DNA from: Candidatus Parcubacteria bacterium
GTDB taxonomy: Bacteria > Patescibacteriota > Minisyncoccia > Phycocordibacterales > JAACPR01
Assembly: GCA_009995365.1 (NCBI GenBank)
Contig: JAACPR010000006.1
Coordinates: 1 to 39,777 of the forward strand
Direction of reading: 5' to 3'
Length of the DNA stretch: 39,777 bases
Positions 36,901 through 39,777 of this stretch are shown here, piece after piece (the stretch's first letter is position 1; the number at the start of each line of letters is the position of its first letter). The notes beneath the pieces are model-generated. The model did not search any database, was not told where the DNA came from, and saw only the letters and a program-made list of their open reading frames with translations. The position numbers and the translations under genes were made by a program.

Positions 36901-37648
36901 TTTGTCCAACTTTGTCGCGCAATTGAAACTTTACATAAATAGAGATGTCGGTAATTTCTTTGTAGTTTTGGTTCACTTCGAAATTTGAAAGCGGTGTCTC
37001 GAGTGCAGGTGAGATATGCATTGAGCGAAAATTTTCATAAACAAGTCCCTTGTCATGAAGCCTTTTGAATCCCCACCAAACAGATTCCATGAAATTATTA
37101 TCCATGGTTGTATATTGATCTTCCATATCAACCCAGCGACCTGTTCTCGGGATTACTTCTTTCCAATCGGCGTCATAGCGAAAGACGCTCGCCTTGGCTG
37201 CTTTGTTGAAATTTTTAATACCGAAAGCTTCGATATCTTTTTTAGTATTTAAATTATTTTCTTTTTGAATAAGGCTTTCGATTGGAAGCCCGTGACAGTC
37301 CCACCCCCAACGACGCTCTACATGATAGCCTTGCATAGTTTTATATCGAGGAATTACATCTTTGATTGTTCCAGCCAATATGTGCCCATAGTGAGGCTTG
37401 CCCGTTGCAAAAGGAGGACCATCATAAAAAACGAATTCTCCCTGCGGCGATTCTTTGTTTAAAGATTTTTTAAAAGTTTCGTTATTTTGCCAAAAGCGAA
37501 GAACCCGCTCTTCTGCCTCGGCGTTTTGTGATTTAGTTTGTAAATTTTGTGCTGAATCTGTGGCAGAGTTTTGAGCCTGCGACTTTTGTTGAGCAATTTG
37601 CTCGGTTTTAGGTGAGAAATCAGCATCACCTTTTTTATCGTCAGTCAT
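33920..37648 (-). CDS. ileS: isoleucine--tRNA ligase (type 2) with inserted histidine-phosphatase domain
   Basis: 'FYDGPPFATGKPHYGH', 'GWDCHGLP', 'WTTTPWTL', 'SRSRFWGTPIP', 'EGLDQTRGWFY', 'KMSKS'; insert with 'ARHGE...SPLFRTKKTA...GGET...ITHE'. Confidence 0.96.
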   Translation of the reverse strand: MTDDKKGDADFSPKTEQIAQQKSQAQNSATDSAQNLQTKSQNAEAEERVLRFWQNNETFKKSLNKESPQGEFVFYDGPPFATGKPHYGHILAGTIKDVIPRYKTMQGYHVERRWGWDCHGLPIESLIQKENNLNTKKDIEAFGIKNFNKAAKASVFRYDADWKEVIPRTGRWVDMEDQYTTMDNNFMESVWWGFKRLHDKGLVYENFRSMHISPALETPLSNFEVNQNYKEITDISIYVKFQLRDKVGQKETDKPTSLIAWTTTPWTLFGNVALAVNPEITYVKAKVSAKNSNNQNSDDEKAQDLVIVAKDRTEEVFENYEHEIIEEISGADLVGLAYESAFDHYSKQTELENHQNGWKVYSADFVTTEDGTGIVHIAPAFGEDDLVLGQKEKLPFVQHVNIDGSIKEDIPELVGRQAKPKATDEEPNKHQETDIEVLKLLAPTGKLFAKKKYTHSYPHCDRTKAPLLNYALSSWFIKVTDFKDKMSSLNDKINWVPEAVGQKRFGNWLKNSKDWGVSRSRFWGTPIPIWKSEDGSEVEVLGSIGDIKKRTKSTNNYFLARHGEADHNVKHFLNADDSVISNLTETGIRQAEDMGENLKDKNIDVIFCSPLFRTKKTAEIVAQKIGFNEKDIIVDERITETQTGVLNGQSVDEYRKLFENILDKFEIAPEGGETIADIRRRIGDFIYDVNSKYQNKNILIITHEYPAWAFMAVKDGLDNQKMADLKEYEHDFVPTGHFAKYDFAELPHDDDYILDLHRPYIDEITFDKNGKEMHRIQDIFDGWVDSGSMPFTVPHYPFEKNPEKKMSPGGFLKSSQRFPADFIAEGLDQTRGWFYTLLALNTALFGKAPYKNVIANGLVLAEDGQKMSKSMNNYPDPMLIIDKYSADAMRYYLISSPLVQAEPLSFTEKGVDEVQKKIIQRFINVISFYDLYKDSIFDKDPELPDENSPVENFDRPDSENVLDKWILARFDETLKETTENLESYKLDSACRPFFDFVDDLSTWYLRRSRDRFKGEQLNKEKLQDKESALATLSFVILEFAKMSAPFMPFLSETVYQKMTGFNFKNDEKSVHLESWTAFQKPDDDVLEKMKKVRIVVANSLEARDKAGIKVRQPLQKVSIGVELDEQMKSIVADEINVKEVVFDESLKEREIKLDTEITPELRQEGNVRELVRFIQNYRKEIKLNPGDKIRIKIKTDKPELIKQFAKYIQKITNSSELDFADMIDDGKDIDIDNMKFVVKINR

Positions 37649-37702
37649 AATAGTGTTATCTTAGCACTTTTTTTGTTTTTTTGAAGTAAATAAATGAAGT
37701 AA

Positions 37703-37733
37703 GAAAAAAGCCGCGCACTTGATGTGCGCGGCT
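37703..37733 (-). terminator. intrinsic terminator
   Basis: AGCCGCGCAC-TTGAT-GTGCGCGGCT (37709-37733) followed by a T tract on minus. Confidence 0.85.
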
Positions 37734-37754
37734 GAAATGTGCTGATATGAAAAC

Positions 37755-38807
37755 TTAGCCTTTGCCGGGAGGCGAATTCCACCCCGACTCTTCGAGGACT
37801 TCATACTCGAGTCGGAGATAGTATTCTCCTGGCTCAAGTTCAACCTTTAGGCCGTCATCTTTGTAGAAAACTTCTTCTTCGAAGCTGTCTCCTACTTTTT
37901 CCAGCCATCCTCGTTCTGGGGTGTGAACACTAACCAAATTAGGAGAACCTTTTAAGTTTTGATAAAGATAAGATTCCACCTTGAATGTAGTCGTCTCAGT
38001 CACCTTTAGGTAGTAAACCGGCGCAGTTCTCCGAACTCCGCTTTCGGTATACTCTGATGTATACCATTGGTCATATCGTCCACCACCATTGAGAGTCATT
38101 TCGCGATAGTTATCAATGGAAACCGATTTTTCTACCACGAAATCTTTTTCGGTTAGTCGATTTCCTGATTCTAGGTCGTAATTAAACTCTTGACCTTTTG
38201 AATCAATGAAAACGATTTCACCAAATTCGCCAGCATGTCGAGTTGGGAAATAAAATTCACCCATATGATGACCAACTTTTGTGGTCTGGGTGACATTCCC
38301 CCACTCATCACGAATGCGGATTTCAACATCTTCCACATCTCCTGGAGCATCTGGAATCGGCATTTTGATATTCTCTTGCAGAACAAGAGTAACCGGAACC
38401 AATTCGAAACTCCAAGAACCGTCATCATTTTTCGTAAGCTCAATTTTTTTTGAGCTTCCAGAAAAATAGGCAGTGTCATTGGACCCTCTAAGATAGACAT
38501 GGACCGTGATTTCCTCGTCTTCAGGACGAAGAGTCTCGACGTTGATTTCGTGGCTCATAATATCTTTAACGATTCCCTCAGGGCTTTCGCCCGAAAAGGT
38601 CCTTTCAATGTTGTCTCCATATTTTACGGAAACGAACATGTATCCCTGAGTCACCCGCTTGAGAGCATACTGTTTGATAGCTCCTTTAGAGTATGTCGGG
38701 ACCGACAGATCTTCAAAGGCCTCACCATCAACCGGCATGGCTGATAGAGAAACACTGATGAAAAGTGTAGCAACAAGGGCTACGAGAATTTGAAATGTGT
38801 TTTTCAT
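37755..38807 (-). CDS. secreted hypothetical protein
   Basis: Signal peptide 'MKNTFQILVALVATLFISVSLSA', acidic beta-rich body; no family recognised. Confidence 0.75.
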   Translation of the reverse strand: MKNTFQILVALVATLFISVSLSAMPVDGEAFEDLSVPTYSKGAIKQYALKRVTQGYMFVSVKYGDNIERTFSGESPEGIVKDIMSHEINVETLRPEDEEITVHVYLRGSNDTAYFSGSSKKIELTKNDDGSWSFELVPVTLVLQENIKMPIPDAPGDVEDVEIRIRDEWGNVTQTTKVGHHMGEFYFPTRHAGEFGEIVFIDSKGQEFNYDLESGNRLTEKDFVVEKSVSIDNYREMTLNGGGRYDQWYTSEYTESGVRRTAPVYYLKVTETTTFKVESYLYQNLKGSPNLVSVHTPERGWLEKVGDSFEEEVFYKDDGLKVELEPGEYYLRLEYEVLEESGWNSPPGKG

Positions 38808-38842
38808 TTTTTCCTTTCTTTTGTTTTTGTTTGATTTGAGAA

Positions 38843-39067
38843 TTATTCAATAGAAAGAGAAACTTTCCCTTTCACGAGCGTTGTTTGTTTTTTGGAAGCC
38901 TCACCAGTTTCAGATGAGACCTCTTTGATTTCCTCAATCGAGGAAAGTGAATTCGACGCAGGTAATTCTTTTACACCTGAATTATCGGAATGCTGAAACA
39001 AAAAAGTTCCAACAATAGCAAACGAAACGACTAAAAAGCCGACGAGTATGTATTTTTGTGTTTTCAT
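38843..39067 (-). CDS. small membrane-anchored hypothetical protein
   Basis: 74 aa with N-terminal hydrophobic helix; promoter TTGACT (39144-39139)-16-TATTAT (39122-39117) upstream. Confidence 0.6.
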   Translation of the reverse strand: MKTQKYILVGFLVVSFAIVGTFLFQHSDNSGVKELPASNSLSSIEEIKEVSSETGEASKKQTTLVKGKVSLSIE

Positions 39068-39166
39068 ATTCTATTGTAAAAAAGATGCCCAGAATTAGGC
39101 ATCCCATCCACCTATAATAATATCACGAATATACCAAAAGTCAACCTTACGCGCGTTTCACCTCCT

Positions 39167-39777
39167 CTACATCCTCTCCGGCACGCGAATTCCTAAAACT
39201 TTCAAAGCGTTGGCGATTGTATACTTCACAGCTTTGGCTAATGCGACTTTATACTCTTGGTTTTCAGAGTCATCTAAAATTTGAGTTGAAGCATAATAAG
39301 AATTAAACTCCCCTGCTAAATCAGTAACAAAAGTTACGATTTGCTGAGGCGCAACTTCTTCGTATGCTTTTTCGACAACTTCCGGAAAGCGATAAATTTT
39401 CTTTTCCAACACAGATTGACCAAATTTAAAATCATCACTACCCTCTGCAGAAAAATCACGAACAGAACCATCTTCGTTTCTCAAAATATCTACCGGCTTG
39501 ATTCCCTGCTTGCCCGCTTTATCTACAACTGACTTCGCTCGACTATAAGTGTATTGTAGATAAGGACCAGAATCTCCTTCAAAAGAAACAGAATTTTCAG
39601 GATCAAAAATAATATCTCGCCCAAGCGCATTTTTAAGAATTGAATATTTAATAGCCCCAATCGCTACATCGACTTTTACCTTTTTCGATTCATCCTCATC
39701 AAAATCACGATCAGCAATTTTCTCCTCGACCAGTTTTTCCATATCATTAATCAGTGATTCGCCAGTAATAACATTCC
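39167..39777 (-). CDS. argS: arginine--tRNA ligase, C-terminal part (5' end outside window)
   Basis: Frame open to the window edge (NVITGESLIND...); 'GAIKY', 'SFEGDSGPYLQYTYSRA', 'FNSYY', C-terminal 'LGIRVPERM'. Confidence 0.96.
   Translation of the reverse strand, partial: NVITGESLINDMEKLVEEKIADRDFDEDESKKVKVDVAIGAIKYSILKNALGRDIIFDPENSVSFEGDSGPYLQYTYSRAKSVVDKAGKQGIKPVDILRNEDGSVRDFSAEGSDDFKFGQSVLEKKIYRFPEVVEKAYEEVAPQQIVTFVTDLAGEFNSYYASTQILDDSENQEYKVALAKAVKYTIANALKVLGIRVPERM

Overview
AT-rich bacterial chromosome segment whose gene set points to Patescibacteria/CPR, probably Parcubacteria (inference from gene content: alpha2-type GlyRS, short RecO, IleRS with an inserted domain, no Shine-Dalgarno sites, PG-binding surface protein). 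It holds the 5' end of a 23S rRNA gene with its own promoter and no 16S upstream. Housekeeping genes include ftsK, recA, efp, rpsF-ssb-rpsR, tatD, metG, an M16 peptidase, glyS, recO, ileS and the end of argS. There is a low-GC glycosyltransferase/sulfotransferase island and three two-gene type II toxin-antitoxin pairs. The most striking structure is at 4.17-7.02 kb: a tandem array of five orphan ribonuclease genes (4 PemK/MazF, 1 NYN) with no protein antitoxin. They are separated by a conserved bidirectional repeat. Five copies carry a TTGACA-16-TAnnnT promoter firing a short structured RNA toward the 3' end of the neighbouring nuclease gene. This is a candidate RNA-antitoxin cassette array. 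A second unexplained signal is about 26 TGTCY motifs packed in and upstream of a winged-HTH gene at 9.9-10.9 kb. All calls come from reading the sequence; no searches were run.
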